Positions 54,587 through 63,691 of a stretch of DNA of 64,000 bases are shown here, in pieces (the stretch's first letter is position 1; the number at the start of each line of letters is the position of its first letter). The notes under the pieces were generated by a model, which made no database searches, had not been told where the DNA came from, and worked only from the letters and a program-made list of their open reading frames with translations. The translations under genes were made by a program, and so were the position numbers. The stretch is from a bacterium (GTDB lineage: Bacteria; Patescibacteriota; Microgenomatia; UBA8517): assembly GCA_030583725.1 (NCBI GenBank), contig CP129472.1, positions 529,902 to 593,901 of the forward strand, in the 5' to 3' direction.

Positions 54587-54983
54587 AATTTAGATCGGAT
54601 TGTATCACAGGTATATTTAAGATATTTGGAGGAAAACTCAAATCTTTTACTTCATTTCCCAGAATTAAAATTTGTTCTTGGTTTTCCGTTAACTCAACTT
54701 GAGGTTTTGGTGATTCGACAATAATATTTGGTTTGTTTAGAACTGTGCCAGTATTAGTGTCTACTCTTCTAAGGGGAGAAAGTAGTAGCCCTAAAATAAT
54801 AATTAAAAACATAAAACCAACCATCGAACCTAGGGTAATATAAACCAGCATTTTTACTTTAGGGTTTGGTAAAAACGTTGTTATTTTTTGGTCAATTGCT
54901 ATTAACTTTGGTTTAATTTTTTCCAACAGACTGCTAAAAGTTTGTTTTACGGCAATGCGGATAGTTTCGCTTATTTTTTCCAT
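54579..54983 (-). CDS. hypothetical single-TM protein
   Basis: 134 aa. One TM. Confidence 0.3.
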   Translation of the reverse strand: MEKISETIRIAVKQTFSSLLEKIKPKLIAIDQKITTFLPNPKVKMLVYITLGSMVGFMFLIIILGLLLSPLRRVDTNTGTVLNKPNIIVESPKPQVELTENQEQILILGNEVKDLSFPPNILNIPVIQSDLNYD

Positions 54984-56216
54984 TTACCTTTTACTAATTA
55001 TTACATTCTCGAGCTCTCCTAGATAATTGTTAAGTTTATTCAGGTTTGTTTTTACCAGACTTAGTTTTTCCATGGCCCTTTTGTAACCAGAGTCTCTTTG
55101 ATAATCATCAGCCGATAGTATTTTTTCAATCTCGATTTTTGTGTTGTTCTCAATTGCGTTGATATTTGTTATTTCTCCATCTATATCTCTAAACCATCTG
55201 TCAAAAAGGCTTGAATCTGCTCTACCCAATGAGACTAGGCTATTAGCCTCTGACTTTAATTTGTTATACATTTCTACGTGTTTATTTTTGATATTTGTAA
55301 CATCTCCCAGACTAATATTTGCCAGACCATTATAGATAATAGGTAGTGTTTTACCTAAATATCTTGTATCTTCATCCTTTGACTTAGAGAAAAGATCTTC
55401 TAGGTTATCTGCTGGATTATAACTGTCTTTTCTGGTTTCATACCAAACTACTTCAGGATCGAGATTTGAATAAATCTCCTGCTTTTTTGAAGTTTCCAAA
55501 CCTTGAGATTCAAGTGTTTTTAACCTCAACATGGTCAAGTAACTTTTAATAAAATTATTTCTTGAACCTATGAAATTATATGTAGATAGTCTTAACTCCT
55601 CTTTTAATGAAAGAGTTGAATTTTTTGCATACGATGCCCTTTTGAGATTAAAGTCATTTAAGTCTTTTCTATAAACGTCCCCAACATAAACATAGTCCTG
55701 TCTAGCTTTTTCAAATGTAAACTCTTGGGCATAGACGTCAAGATCATTTTTGTTTAATTGCCAAATAGAATAATTCAAGAGACTTGCAAAAAGTATCCAT
55801 ACTAAGTATGGGACAAGAAGATATGAAGCAAGCTTGTTGACTTTGTAAAAGTTCTTAATAATCATAACTAGTGTTATATCCATAGCAATAATTATCAAAA
55901 AGGCTAAAGATAGATTTTTTAGTCCAAAAAACACAGGTGACCAGATAGCGTTTAAAAAGAGGTGGAAAAAGAAAAGCTTAAGTGAACCTTTTTTACTAGT
56001 CCAAATTAAATAAAGAGATATTCCAATTAAGGTGTAGAGTATCGTCCAAACAGGTCCAAAAATCCAGTTTGGGGGTGAGAATACCGGTTTTGTAAGTGTT
56101 GCATACCAAGTGGGGATTGCATCAAATGTAAAAAAAGTACCAATTAAACCTGCAGATTGAGCTAAAATAATTGAGATAATAAGCTTTGGCCAAGATTTAA
56201 TTTTCATTATTATCAT
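54984..56216 (-). CDS. TspO/MBR (translocator protein) domain fused to a ~250-aa C-terminal soluble domain
   Basis: 410 aa. N-terminal 155 aa have the Trp-rich TspO pattern (LTKPVFSPPNWIFGPVWTILY...WSPVFFG...LLVPYLVWILFAS). Confidence 0.5.
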   Translation of the reverse strand: MIIMKIKSWPKLIISIILAQSAGLIGTFFTFDAIPTWYATLTKPVFSPPNWIFGPVWTILYTLIGISLYLIWTSKKGSLKLFFFHLFLNAIWSPVFFGLKNLSLAFLIIIAMDITLVMIIKNFYKVNKLASYLLVPYLVWILFASLLNYSIWQLNKNDLDVYAQEFTFEKARQDYVYVGDVYRKDLNDFNLKRASYAKNSTLSLKEELRLSTYNFIGSRNNFIKSYLTMLRLKTLESQGLETSKKQEIYSNLDPEVVWYETRKDSYNPADNLEDLFSKSKDEDTRYLGKTLPIIYNGLANISLGDVTNIKNKHVEMYNKLKSEANSLVSLGRADSSLFDRWFRDIDGEITNINAIENNTKIEIEKILSADDYQRDSGYKRAMEKLSLVKTNLNKLNNYLGELENVIISKR

Positions 56217-56243
56217 TGTATCAAAAAGATTATAATAACGTTA

Positions 56244-56807
56244 ATGAACAAATATGCTTCAAGGGCTGGTGAAAAGTTAGAATTTGCACTTGAATATTTT
56301 GAACTGGATGTAACGGGGTTAACTGTTGCCGATTTTGGTTCTTCAACTGGTGGTTTTGTGGACTGTCTGCTTCAAAAAGGTGTTAAGAAGGTTTTTGCTG
56401 TAGATACAGCGTATGGTGAACTTGCTTGGAAGCTTAGAAACGATCCAAAAGTTGTTGTAATGGAAAGAACAAATGCAATGCATGTTAGGTTGTCAGAGAA
56501 AGTTGACTTAATCACAGTTGACACATCTTGGACACGACAAGTTCTTGTTTTGGACAATGCATTTAAAAATATTAAAGACGGTGGGTTGATAGTTTCTTTA
56601 ATAAAACCCCACTACGAAGCACCAAAACAGTATCTTGAAAAAGGAAGACTAAAGACAGAAAAAATGAATGAGGTTTTAGATAAAGTTAGAGGTGACATTG
56701 TTTCAATTGGGGGTGAGGTTGCTAACTTTGTAGAGTCACCAATCGTGGGGGAGAAGGGCAAAAACAGAGAATTTTTATTTTTAATAAAAAGACAAACTAG
56801 ACATTAA
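56244..56807 (+). CDS. TlyA-family rRNA 2'-O-methyltransferase (FtsJ-like), no S4 domain
   Basis: 187 aa. 'RAGEKLEFAL...VADFGSSTGGFVDCLLQKGVKKVFAVD' SAM-binding motif typical of TlyA. Confidence 0.55.
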   Translation: MNKYASRAGEKLEFALEYFELDVTGLTVADFGSSTGGFVDCLLQKGVKKVFAVDTAYGELAWKLRNDPKVVVMERTNAMHVRLSEKVDLITVDTSWTRQVLVLDNAFKNIKDGGLIVSLIKPHYEAPKQYLEKGRLKTEKMNEVLDKVRGDIVSIGGEVANFVESPIVGEKGKNREFLFLIKRQTRH

Positions 56808-56822
56808 TGGTATAATAAAATT

Positions 56823-57158
56823 ATGGAAATATTAGCAAGTCTTTTGTTAAATTCATTGGCTGTCTATGTAACCGCCAAATTATTGTCAGGTGTAACAATT
56901 GACAGTTTTTTAACAGCAATTATAGTCTCTATCGTTTTAAGTTTAGTGAACACCTTCATAAAACCACTTTTAGTTTTATTTACTCTCCCCGTAAACATCT
57001 TGACACTAGGTCTTTTTATGTTCGTCATTAACGCTTTAGTTATATTATTAGTTGACAGTTTAGTTCCAGGGTTCAGTGTTTCAGGTTTTTGGTGGGCACT
57101 ACTGTTTAGTTTAATTCTTTCGCTTGTTGGTTCAGTTTTTACTTCTTTTGCAAAGTAA
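56823..57158 (+). CDS. small polytopic membrane protein (Phage_holin_4_2 / YvlD-like)
   Basis: 111 aa. 3-4 TM. Composition like the YvlD/holin-4 family. Confidence 0.35.
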   Translation: MEILASLLLNSLAVYVTAKLLSGVTIDSFLTAIIVSIVLSLVNTFIKPLLVLFTLPVNILTLGLFMFVINALVILLVDSLVPGFSVSGFWWALLFSLILSLVGSVFTSFAK

Positions 57159-57183
57159 CTAATTTATCTTTTTAAGAATGCTT

Positions 57184-58533
57184 TTAAATCTCGAGCTCAT
57201 CACCTAGTTTTGGAAGAGTAATATCTGTTATTCCAAGCTCTTTTGTAACAATTTCATTAAAGCCAATTCTTGAGTGCTCATCACCGTGGGTCAAAAATAG
57301 TTTTTTGACACCTTTTATTGATTTTAACCACTCCAATAGTTGTCTTTGGTCAGCATGAGAGCTTAAACCTTGGGTATCGTTGACTTGAGCTTGAACACTA
57401 ACTCTAGTTTCTTTAATAAATACGTCCCTTTTGCCTTCTAGTAATTCTCTACCTAGTGTTCCATCACCCTGATACCCAACTATCATCAGCCTTGTTGAAG
57501 AGATAGGTAGATAGTGCGCAGCGTGTCCAACAATTCTTCCCCCCGTCATCATTCCAGCTCCTGCAATAATCACTTTTGGTTCTGGTCGTTGATGAATTGA
57601 TTGACTCTCTCTCCAGTCTTTTGTTACCTCAAGTCCGGGAAAATCAAAAAGTTCTCCACGCTTATATTCTGCCTCAATGTGGTCATTAAAATACTTAGGA
57701 TAATCTACATAGATTTTTGTAGCCTTTTCTGCCATTGGGCTGTCTAGTATGATTGGTGTTTCTGGTAATATTTTACCCTCCTTTTTAAGGTGCATAACCA
57801 TATGAAGAAGTTCTTGGGCTCGGTCAAGAGAAAATGAGGGGACAAGTAGTGTTCCGCCACCAACTTCTACGGCATTAATTTCTGACTGTAAGGCTTCTAT
57901 TGGGTTTTCCTTGTTATGTAATCTGTCACCATACGTTGTTTCCATAACCACTGCATCTGCTGATTTAATAAATTCAGTATGCTCTCCCAAATAAGCAGGA
58001 AAGTTGCCAATGTCAGCACTAAACACGATTTTTCTGGTGTCGCTATTTGGTCTTTTGTCACTAATTTCAAGTGATGTTGATCCAAGTATGTGGCCAGCAT
58101 CGTAAAAGGTAACTGTAAAGTCGCCTATATGGATTTCCTGATGGTATTCAACAGTTACAAATTGTTTTACAAGGTTTACTACATCTGCGGTAGTGTATAA
58201 AACTTGAGACCTATCTTCTTTGGCAATTTTTGCGCTGTCAAAGAGTGAAAGTTCGGTTAAATCGGCGGTTGGCGGTGTCATATAGATATTGCCTTTAAAA
58301 CCTAACTTCATCAAAATAGGTAACCTACCACAGTGATCTAGGTGCGCATGGGTTAAAATCGCTCCAGAGAGCTTAGTAACATCATAGTCAAATGGTTCAT
58401 AATTTAATTTTTCTATTTCAGACGGTCCTTGAAACATACCTAAATCTATTAAGATTGATTGACCAGAACCAGAAGTTAAAACATATGAAGAACCTGTAAC
58501 AGTTCCAGAAGCTCCTAAAAATTTAATTTTCAT
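57184..58533 (-). CDS. metallo-beta-lactamase-fold beta-CASP RNA-processing nuclease
   Basis: 'MKIKFLGASGTVTGSS' N-terminus. 'ILTHAHLDHCGRLP' HxHxDH motif. C-terminal 'LFLTHGDEH' RMMBL-like motif. The track ORF extends to 58653 and would overlap the Bro-N gene. Confidence 0.6.
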   Translation of the reverse strand: MKIKFLGASGTVTGSSYVLTSGSGQSILIDLGMFQGPSEIEKLNYEPFDYDVTKLSGAILTHAHLDHCGRLPILMKLGFKGNIYMTPPTADLTELSLFDSAKIAKEDRSQVLYTTADVVNLVKQFVTVEYHQEIHIGDFTVTFYDAGHILGSTSLEISDKRPNSDTRKIVFSADIGNFPAYLGEHTEFIKSADAVVMETTYGDRLHNKENPIEALQSEINAVEVGGGTLLVPSFSLDRAQELLHMVMHLKKEGKILPETPIILDSPMAEKATKIYVDYPKYFNDHIEAEYKRGELFDFPGLEVTKDWRESQSIHQRPEPKVIIAGAGMMTGGRIVGHAAHYLPISSTRLMIVGYQGDGTLGRELLEGKRDVFIKETRVSVQAQVNDTQGLSSHADQRQLLEWLKSIKGVKKLFLTHGDEHSRIGFNEIVTKELGITDITLPKLGDELEI

Positions 58534-58561
58534 GAGTTGATATATAAAAAGTATACAGCAA

Positions 58562-59371
58562 TTATTTAAGTAAGTAATTTTTTGTAGATATAACCTTTTT
58601 CTTTGATTGATTTTCGATATCAAGTCTTGTTCTTCCTGCAACCTTACCACCATCTTTAGCGTCTTTTAATAGTTCAGGAACGCCTTTTGAATCTCGATCT
58701 TTATGAAGTTTTGTCGTGGTGGCTTCGCCCAGCATAGTTAGAATGAGTTCAATATCTTCCATATGGTCTCTTAGATTCTGTCTTTTTAAGCCCTTCAGTT
58801 TCTTATATTCTTCAACAGTTAAATCAAAAGCGCCTTTCATAATGTCGTTTGTTAAAATTGCGTAATCTTGTTTCTCGCGTGCTCCTCGTATTTTCCATTC
58901 ATCAGTCAGTTCATTTCTAACTGCAATTCCTCTAACTCTTTTTTCAATCCAGTTTTTGGAATATCCTTTAAGTTCATAGATCATTTTCATACGCTTCATT
59001 GAAAGTTCTGGGTCTTCAATTTCTTGAATTCTTTCATAACCTACTTTTGCAAGCCATTTTTTAAATGGTTCTGCCTTTGGAGAGGGGATTGATTGGATTA
59101 TTCTAAAAATTCCTTCTGTGTTAGCACAATCCGATTCACGCATTTTTCCATCAGGTGCGAGTAACTTCAACCCGTGACAAAATGTCACGACTTGATTTGA
59201 TTCTGAAATTAACCTTTGTTTTAATTTTCTCCAGTAAGCACCTGAATCTGAGCTATCAGTTAGGGCTAGGCAAACATCAACAACAGAAAACCACCATTCA
59301 TTATTAAAAATAGTTTTCCTAATATTTTTATGTTTGAAAATTGCTATTTTAGTTTCGTCAAATTGGTCCAT
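58562..59371 (-). CDS. Bro-N domain protein (phage antirepressor / DinD-like)
   Basis: 269 aa. 'IRKTIFNNEWWFSVVDVCLAL' is a Bro-N core motif. Confidence 0.5.
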   Translation of the reverse strand: MDQFDETKIAIFKHKNIRKTIFNNEWWFSVVDVCLALTDSSDSGAYWRKLKQRLISESNQVVTFCHGLKLLAPDGKMRESDCANTEGIFRIIQSIPSPKAEPFKKWLAKVGYERIQEIEDPELSMKRMKMIYELKGYSKNWIEKRVRGIAVRNELTDEWKIRGAREKQDYAILTNDIMKGAFDLTVEEYKKLKGLKRQNLRDHMEDIELILTMLGEATTTKLHKDRDSKGVPELLKDAKDGGKVAGRTRLDIENQSKKKVISTKNYLLK

Positions 59372-59406
59372 ATTTAAAATTAGACCATATCTTAACCGAA
59401 GTCAAT

Positions 59407-59979
59407 ATGGTTTTTACTTTATGGTACAGTGTCTATATGTTTTTGATTGACAAAAGTTTTTACCAAATTAAAAAGACTAAACAGAAAGGCCTTGGTGTTT
59501 TTGCCAAAAAAGAAATCAAAACAAAGACAATAATTGGGGAGTATACAGGTGAAAGGGTAGAAATTGAGAAATATGATTTAGAAAAAGACAAAGATGGTTT
59601 ATATCTCATGTTTCTCGATGATAAATATGCAATTTATCCTGATTTAAGTAAAGATGACGTTCATTTGGTCAACCATTCTTGTGACCCAAATTGCTGGATA
59701 TTGAACTCTGGGGGGAAAGTTTACTTTTTTACACTTCGTGACATTGAAAAAGGTGAGGAACTAACAATTTTATATCTTTTGCCACCTAAAGATAAAACTT
59801 GTAATCCTTGTACCCATGACTGTTATTGTGGAAGTGAAAAATGTACTGGATCAATGCATCTAGGTGAAGAAGCCTATCTACTTTCTAATGCTTTCAGAGT
59901 GTGCTCTACAATGTCTGCCAGCTTTTCACCAACTAAAGGCATTGCTTCAAAAGTTTTTAAAGACAACCCTAAAAGATAG
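59407..59979 (+). CDS. SET-domain protein with Cys-rich post-SET
   Basis: 'GLGVFAKKEIKTKTIIGEYTGE', 'NHSCDPNC', 'ELTILY', post-SET 'CNPCTHDCYCGSEKC'. Likely start is the internal Met at 59437. The 3' end overlaps an antisense ORF. Confidence 0.55.
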   Translation: MVFTLWYSVYMFLIDKSFYQIKKTKQKGLGVFAKKEIKTKTIIGEYTGERVEIEKYDLEKDKDGLYLMFLDDKYAIYPDLSKDDVHLVNHSCDPNCWILNSGGKVYFFTLRDIEKGEELTILYLLPPKDKTCNPCTHDCYCGSEKCTGSMHLGEEAYLLSNAFRVCSTMSASFSPTKGIASKVFKDNPKR

Positions 59980-60080
59980 GCAATTAGTGAAATACCAGCA
60001 GTAACACCCAATCCCCACGCAACACCCCCTATAAAATTAAATAGAAATGTTCTTTTATAGGTTGATGTAATAGTTTTCAT
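59874..60080 (-). CDS. hypothetical two-TM small protein (conflicts with SET ORF tail)
   Basis: 68 aa. Overlaps the SET ORF 3' end by about 105 nt on the opposite strand. Confidence 0.2.
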   Translation of the reverse strand: MKTITSTYKRTFLFNFIGGVAWGLGVTAGISLIAYLLGLSLKTFEAMPLVGEKLADIVEHTLKALESR

Positions 60081-60081
60081 A

Positions 60082-60543
60082 TCACTTATATTCTATCAGA
60101 AGATAATCACCGTCAAGTATATTTTTGTCTAAGATGTTCGGATCTTCAGTACCATTAATTATAAACACAAGCTTGTTTACATCATTTGTGCAAAATGTTT
60201 GTTTAGTGCCAGTAACAAGGCAATTTTTATCCAAGCTCATTGGTAAGGTTTTGAAGAAATCAGACCAAGTAATACTGTTATTTTTAACTTCGATAATATT
60301 TGGATTTTGAGAAGTTATAAATACCTCACTTGATAAATTATGGTATTTTTTGTCAGTAAAAATTCTTGTTGTTCCATTTGTGATTACTTTAAATTTTGCT
60401 GTGATGTCAACACCCTTCACTTTATTATCAGGAGATGATAATGGAGTAGAGTAAACTTTGAGGGGAGTCTCTTGATATTTATAAAAATAAAAAGATGTTC
60501 CACCTAAAACTATCAAAACTGCGATAATAAGTAATGGTTTCAT
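60082..60543 (-). CDS. hypothetical membrane-anchored protein
   Basis: 153 aa. N-terminal TM. No motif. Confidence 0.35.
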   Translation of the reverse strand: MKPLLIIAVLIVLGGTSFYFYKYQETPLKVYSTPLSSPDNKVKGVDITAKFKVITNGTTRIFTDKKYHNLSSEVFITSQNPNIIEVKNNSITWSDFFKTLPMSLDKNCLVTGTKQTFCTNDVNKLVFIINGTEDPNILDKNILDGDYLLIEYK

Positions 60544-60587
60544 ATTTTAGTATAACTCTACCAAGAAGAATTAACCAATAAAGATTA

Positions 60588-60731
60588 TTAATTTAGTATA
60601 CCCATTCCCATTAACCCTATGATAATAAGATATGCTGCTATCCAGTAGTTAAGAAATTTTGGAAAAACTAAAATTAGTATTCCAAAAACCAAAGAAGTTA
60701 ACGGATTTAGGTTTGTAAATGAAATTCCCAT
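60588..60731 (-). CDS. small two-TM protein (DUF3096-like)
   Basis: Manual translation: MGISFTNLNPLTSLVFGILILVFPKFLNYWIAAYLIIIGLMGMGILN (47 aa). Not in the ORF track. Confidence 0.3.
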   Translation of the reverse strand: MGISFTNLNPLTSLVFGILILVFPKFLNYWIAAYLIIIGLMGMGILN

Positions 60732-60746
60732 ATATTAATCACCACC

Positions 60747-60923
60747 TTAATTTTGCGCGTTATTTTTAATCTCTTGAATTTTATATTCAGTCTCAAGTCT
60801 TACCGCTTCGATTTCTTGATCAGCCGCCAGTTGCCTTGCATCTTTAGCATCAGAGTCAGTTTTGTCTTTCGCAACCTGAGCTAGTCTATCTATCTCATCT
60901 TTTGTTTGTTGTAATGTTGCCAT
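60747..60923 (-). CDS. hypothetical small coiled-coil protein
   Basis: Manual translation gives a 58-aa charged helical peptide (MATLQQTKDEIDRLAQVAKDK...). Starts 3 nt after the upstream small gene. Confidence 0.2.
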   Translation of the reverse strand: MATLQQTKDEIDRLAQVAKDKTDSDAKDARQLAADQEIEAVRLETEYKIQEIKNNAQN

Positions 60924-60925
60924 TT

Positions 60926-61126
60926 TTATTCTTCTTGATTAACATTTACATCGATTGTGCTAGGAACATTAATCTGTGGGCTTCCTACATCCATTTTTCT
61001 TAGGGCTGGAAGACCATATACATAAAACAAGAATCCAAATATTATCAACACAACAAGACCGATGACTACTCCCATTCCACCACCCGTATCACCTTTTGGT
61101 TGTGGTGTGTTTATTATTGTTGTCAT
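60926..61126 (-). CDS. hypothetical small membrane protein
   Basis: 66 aa. One TM. Confidence 0.3.
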   Translation of the reverse strand: MTTIINTPQPKGDTGGGMGVVIGLVVLIIFGFLFYVYGLPALRKMDVGSPQINVPSTIDVNVNQEE

Positions 61127-61162
61127 TAATTCATCACCTCGTTTCTTCTCTGCGAATCCGGA

Positions 61163-61411
61163 TCAACTCTTTAGTTTGCGACCTATAAAAATAACTACAA
61201 TTGCTCCGATTACCGCAACGATTAAACTATATAGATTAAATCCATCTACACCTGATTGTCCAACCAGACCCATCAAGAAGCCTCCAACTATCGCTCCAAC
61301 TATCCCCATAGCTATATCCATAAGCGTGCCTTGGTTGTGATCATTTTTCATCACTAGTGATGCGATCCAACCTGCTATTGCTCCAAAAATTATCCAAAGT
61401 ATTATGCCCAT
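61163..61411 (-). CDS. GlsB/YeaQ/YmgE-family transglycosylase-associated small membrane protein
   Basis: 82 aa. 'MGIILWIIFGAIAGWIA...MGIVGAIVGGFL' is typical of this family. Confidence 0.6.
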   Translation of the reverse strand: MGIILWIIFGAIAGWIASLVMKNDHNQGTLMDIAMGIVGAIVGGFLMGLVGQSGVDGFNLYSLIVAVIGAIVVIFIGRKLKS

Positions 61412-61414
61412 ATT

Positions 61415-61819
61415 TTATTCACCTCCAATTTGTGCCTCTCCCGATGAAATTCTAATTAGCTTAACGATTCCAAAAGCCACCACTGCATAAACTATCAAGG
61501 CGACAATTACCGCTGGTTCAAAAACAGATGCCGTTTCTACTCCTTGATTTGTCACTCTTCTAAATATTCCTTCGAAGGGCATTATAAAGAAGCGAGATAG
61601 GGTATAGACAATACTGACAAACCAACTATTCAAACTTGCGCCTGCAATTTTTAAAATCAACCTAAAAACTAAAAGTATCTCTAGGGCTCCAAAGAAATAG
61701 TAAACGAAATATTCATATGTTTGTGAGTTTGTTGCACCAGATCTTAACGGGGTAGTAACTATCTTATCTTGATTATTTGTGGTATTTGATGCCACTACCT
61801 CTTTTATTATAGTGGTCAA
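61415..61819 (-). CDS. YggT-family membrane protein
   Basis: 134 aa. 'YFFGALEILLVFRLILKI' is a YggT-like motif. Confidence 0.45.
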   Translation of the reverse strand: MTTIIKEVVASNTTNNQDKIVTTPLRSGATNSQTYEYFVYYFFGALEILLVFRLILKIAGASLNSWFVSIVYTLSRFFIMPFEGIFRRVTNQGVETASVFEPAVIVALIVYAVVAFGIVKLIRISSGEAQIGGE

Positions 61820-61986
61820 TTTATTACCGCCTTTTTAATTATTGTTTCGTTGGGTAAATATTTGACTAGTGCCCTCTCAATTAAAGAGGTGAGTGTAATA
61901 TCTTCAATAATGGCTTGAGCCTTTGCGTGTTTAAGAAGACTGGGCTTAAGAAAAAGAGTTGTTCTTTGCTTGTCTGTAGTTGACAT
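61816..61986 (-). CDS. ribbon-helix-helix (CopG/Arc-like) small DNA-binding protein
   Basis: Manual translation: MSTTDKQRTTLFLKPSLLKHAKAQAIIEDITLTSLIERALVKYLPNETIIKKAVIN (56 aa). Beta-strand plus two helices. Overlaps the yggT start by 4 nt. Confidence 0.35.
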   Translation of the reverse strand: MSTTDKQRTTLFLKPSLLKHAKAQAIIEDITLTSLIERALVKYLPNETIIKKAVIN

Positions 61987-62038
61987 ACTTCATATACTAC
62001 AACTAGTTGTATTAGTTGTCAAGTATCTATTACAATGA

Positions 62039-62581
62039 TTGTGTGTTATTATATTGACAATGGCTTATTTTAATAGAGATTCAAACAATAGATCGGGTAG
62101 AGACAACAGGGGTGGTGGACGTGGTTTTGGTGGGGGAAGAGACAGGGGCGGACGAGATGATAGGTCAAGCTTTAGAAATGATAGTCCAAGAGAAATGTTT
62201 AAAACAGTGTGCAGTAACTGTGGAAAAGATTGTGAAGTCCCATTTAAGCCAACATCAGGAAAACCAGTTTATTGTTCAGATTGTTTTGAAACAATGGGTG
62301 GCAGAAGTGCAGACGGGGGAAGAAATGAGAGGCCAGAGAGGCGTGATAGACCATCTTTTGATAGACATCAAACACCAGCCCGATCTGATAACAGTAAGCA
62401 AATTGATGAGTTAAACAGCAAACTGGACAAAATTATTGCATTACTAACTCCAAAAAAGGAAGCAGTTGTAGTTAAAGAGGTAGTTGTTACACCAGTTGTT
62501 GAAGATGTGAAAGCCAAAAAAGAAACTAAAACTCCAAAGATAAAAAAAGAGAAAGTAGTCAAAGAGGTTGCTGAAAAATAA
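62039..62581 (+). CDS. RGG/Arg-rich zinc-ribbon protein (putative RNA-binding)
   Basis: N-terminal RGG/RD repeats. 'CSNCGKDCEVPFKPTSGKPVYCSDCF' C-x2-C-x16-C-x2-C zinc ribbon. Lys-rich tail. Likely start is MAYFNRD at 62060. Confidence 0.45.
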   Translation: MCVIILTMAYFNRDSNNRSGRDNRGGGRGFGGGRDRGGRDDRSSFRNDSPREMFKTVCSNCGKDCEVPFKPTSGKPVYCSDCFETMGGRSADGGRNERPERRDRPSFDRHQTPARSDNSKQIDELNSKLDKIIALLTPKKEAVVVKEVVVTPVVEDVKAKKETKTPKIKKEKVVKEVAEK

Positions 62582-62930
62582 TTCAAACAGTAGTTTATAC
62601 GACAAGATAAAAAGTGTGTTATTTATATTCTTCAAGACTCAACTGATATTAATATTTGTATCAGTACTTTTTGTTTATCTGATAATGTTAGTTGTTCCTG
62701 AACTTCACCCTATATATGAATTTTTAATAATAATATCTAGCTATTTAATAATTAGTCAAATAATGGACAATTTAATCTCACCATATATAGTAGGCCAAAA
62801 AATAAAAATATCACCTATTCTATTAGTTATTTCACTTATTCTTGGGATTACCTTTTTTGGGTTAGTTGGTGCAATTTTTGCTATACCTTTAGTGTTAGTT
62901 TTAAAAACTACTTGGGAGCATTATAAATAA
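62568..62930 (+). pseudogene. AI-2E (UPF0118) family transporter C-terminal fragment
   Basis: 120 aa matching only the last about 4 TM of AI-2E transporters ('NLISPYIVGQKIKISPILLVISLILGITFFGLVGAIFAIPLV'). Full-length proteins are about 350 aa. The 5' end overlaps the upstream gene. Confidence 0.4.
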
Positions 62931-63001
62931 AACCTTTGCTCCTCGGGCACGATTCGAACGTGCAACCTTGATCTTAACAGGATCCTGCTCTGCCGTTGAG
63001 C
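62930..63001 (-). tRNA. tRNA-Asn (anticodon GUU)
   Basis: Acceptor TCCTCGG/CCGAGGA, D-arm GCTC-AACGGCA-GAGC, anticodon loop CTGTTAA, T-arm GCACG-TTCGAAT-CGTGC. Confidence 0.8.
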
Positions 63002-63142
63002 TACCGAGGATTATATTTAAAAGTAACCAACCTGGCGATTGTTAAAGAACAAGGCCAATTATATCAACTAGCCATGTAATATGCTAGACATAAGCCTCGA
63101 TTAATCCATAACTTGGCCTGAGATGTTATATAATATACATAT

Positions 63143-63691
63143 ATGAAAAATATTGACGATATTAGTAAAAAGAGGGCAATAAAACTGTTTGGAAGTGAAG
63201 AAATTGAGAATTTTGAAATAGGTACAGCTTATGGACTTAAACAAATTCACAAATACCTTTTTGATGGTCTGTATGACTTTGCAGGGGAAATACGCACGAA
63301 AAATATAAGTAAGGGTGACTTTCGTTTTGCCAATACTCTCTATTTATCAGAAATTTTGGCAAAAATTGAAAAAATGCCCAATACTACTTTTGAACAAATT
63401 ATAGAAAAATACGCCGAAATGAATATAGCACATCCCTTTATGGAAGGTAATGGTCGAAGTATGCGAATATGGCTAGACTTAGTCTTGAAAAAACATTTGA
63501 ATAAATGTATTGATTGGCAAAAAGTTGGCAAAAACGAGTATCTAAGCGCCATGATTCGAAGTCACGTAAACAACTTGGAACTACAAGAGATCCTTCGCAC
63601 AGCACTCACTGAAAAAGTTAACGATCGTGAAGTTTTTATGAAAGGCATAGAGCAGTCTTATTATTACGAAGAGCCTGATCTAATTAGATGA
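63143..63691 (+). CDS. Fic-family protein (AMPylator-type)
   Basis: 182 aa. '[17 protein letters not shown]' is the canonical Fic motif HPFx(D/E)GNGR. Confidence 0.7.
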   Translation: MKNIDDISKKRAIKLFGSEEIENFEIGTAYGLKQIHKYLFDGLYDFAGEIRTKNISKGDFRFANTLYLSEILAKIEKMPNTTFEQIIEKYAEMNIAHPFMEGNGRSMRIWLDLVLKKHLNKCIDWQKVGKNEYLSAMIRSHVNNLELQEILRTALTEKVNDREVFMKGIEQSYYYEEPDLIR

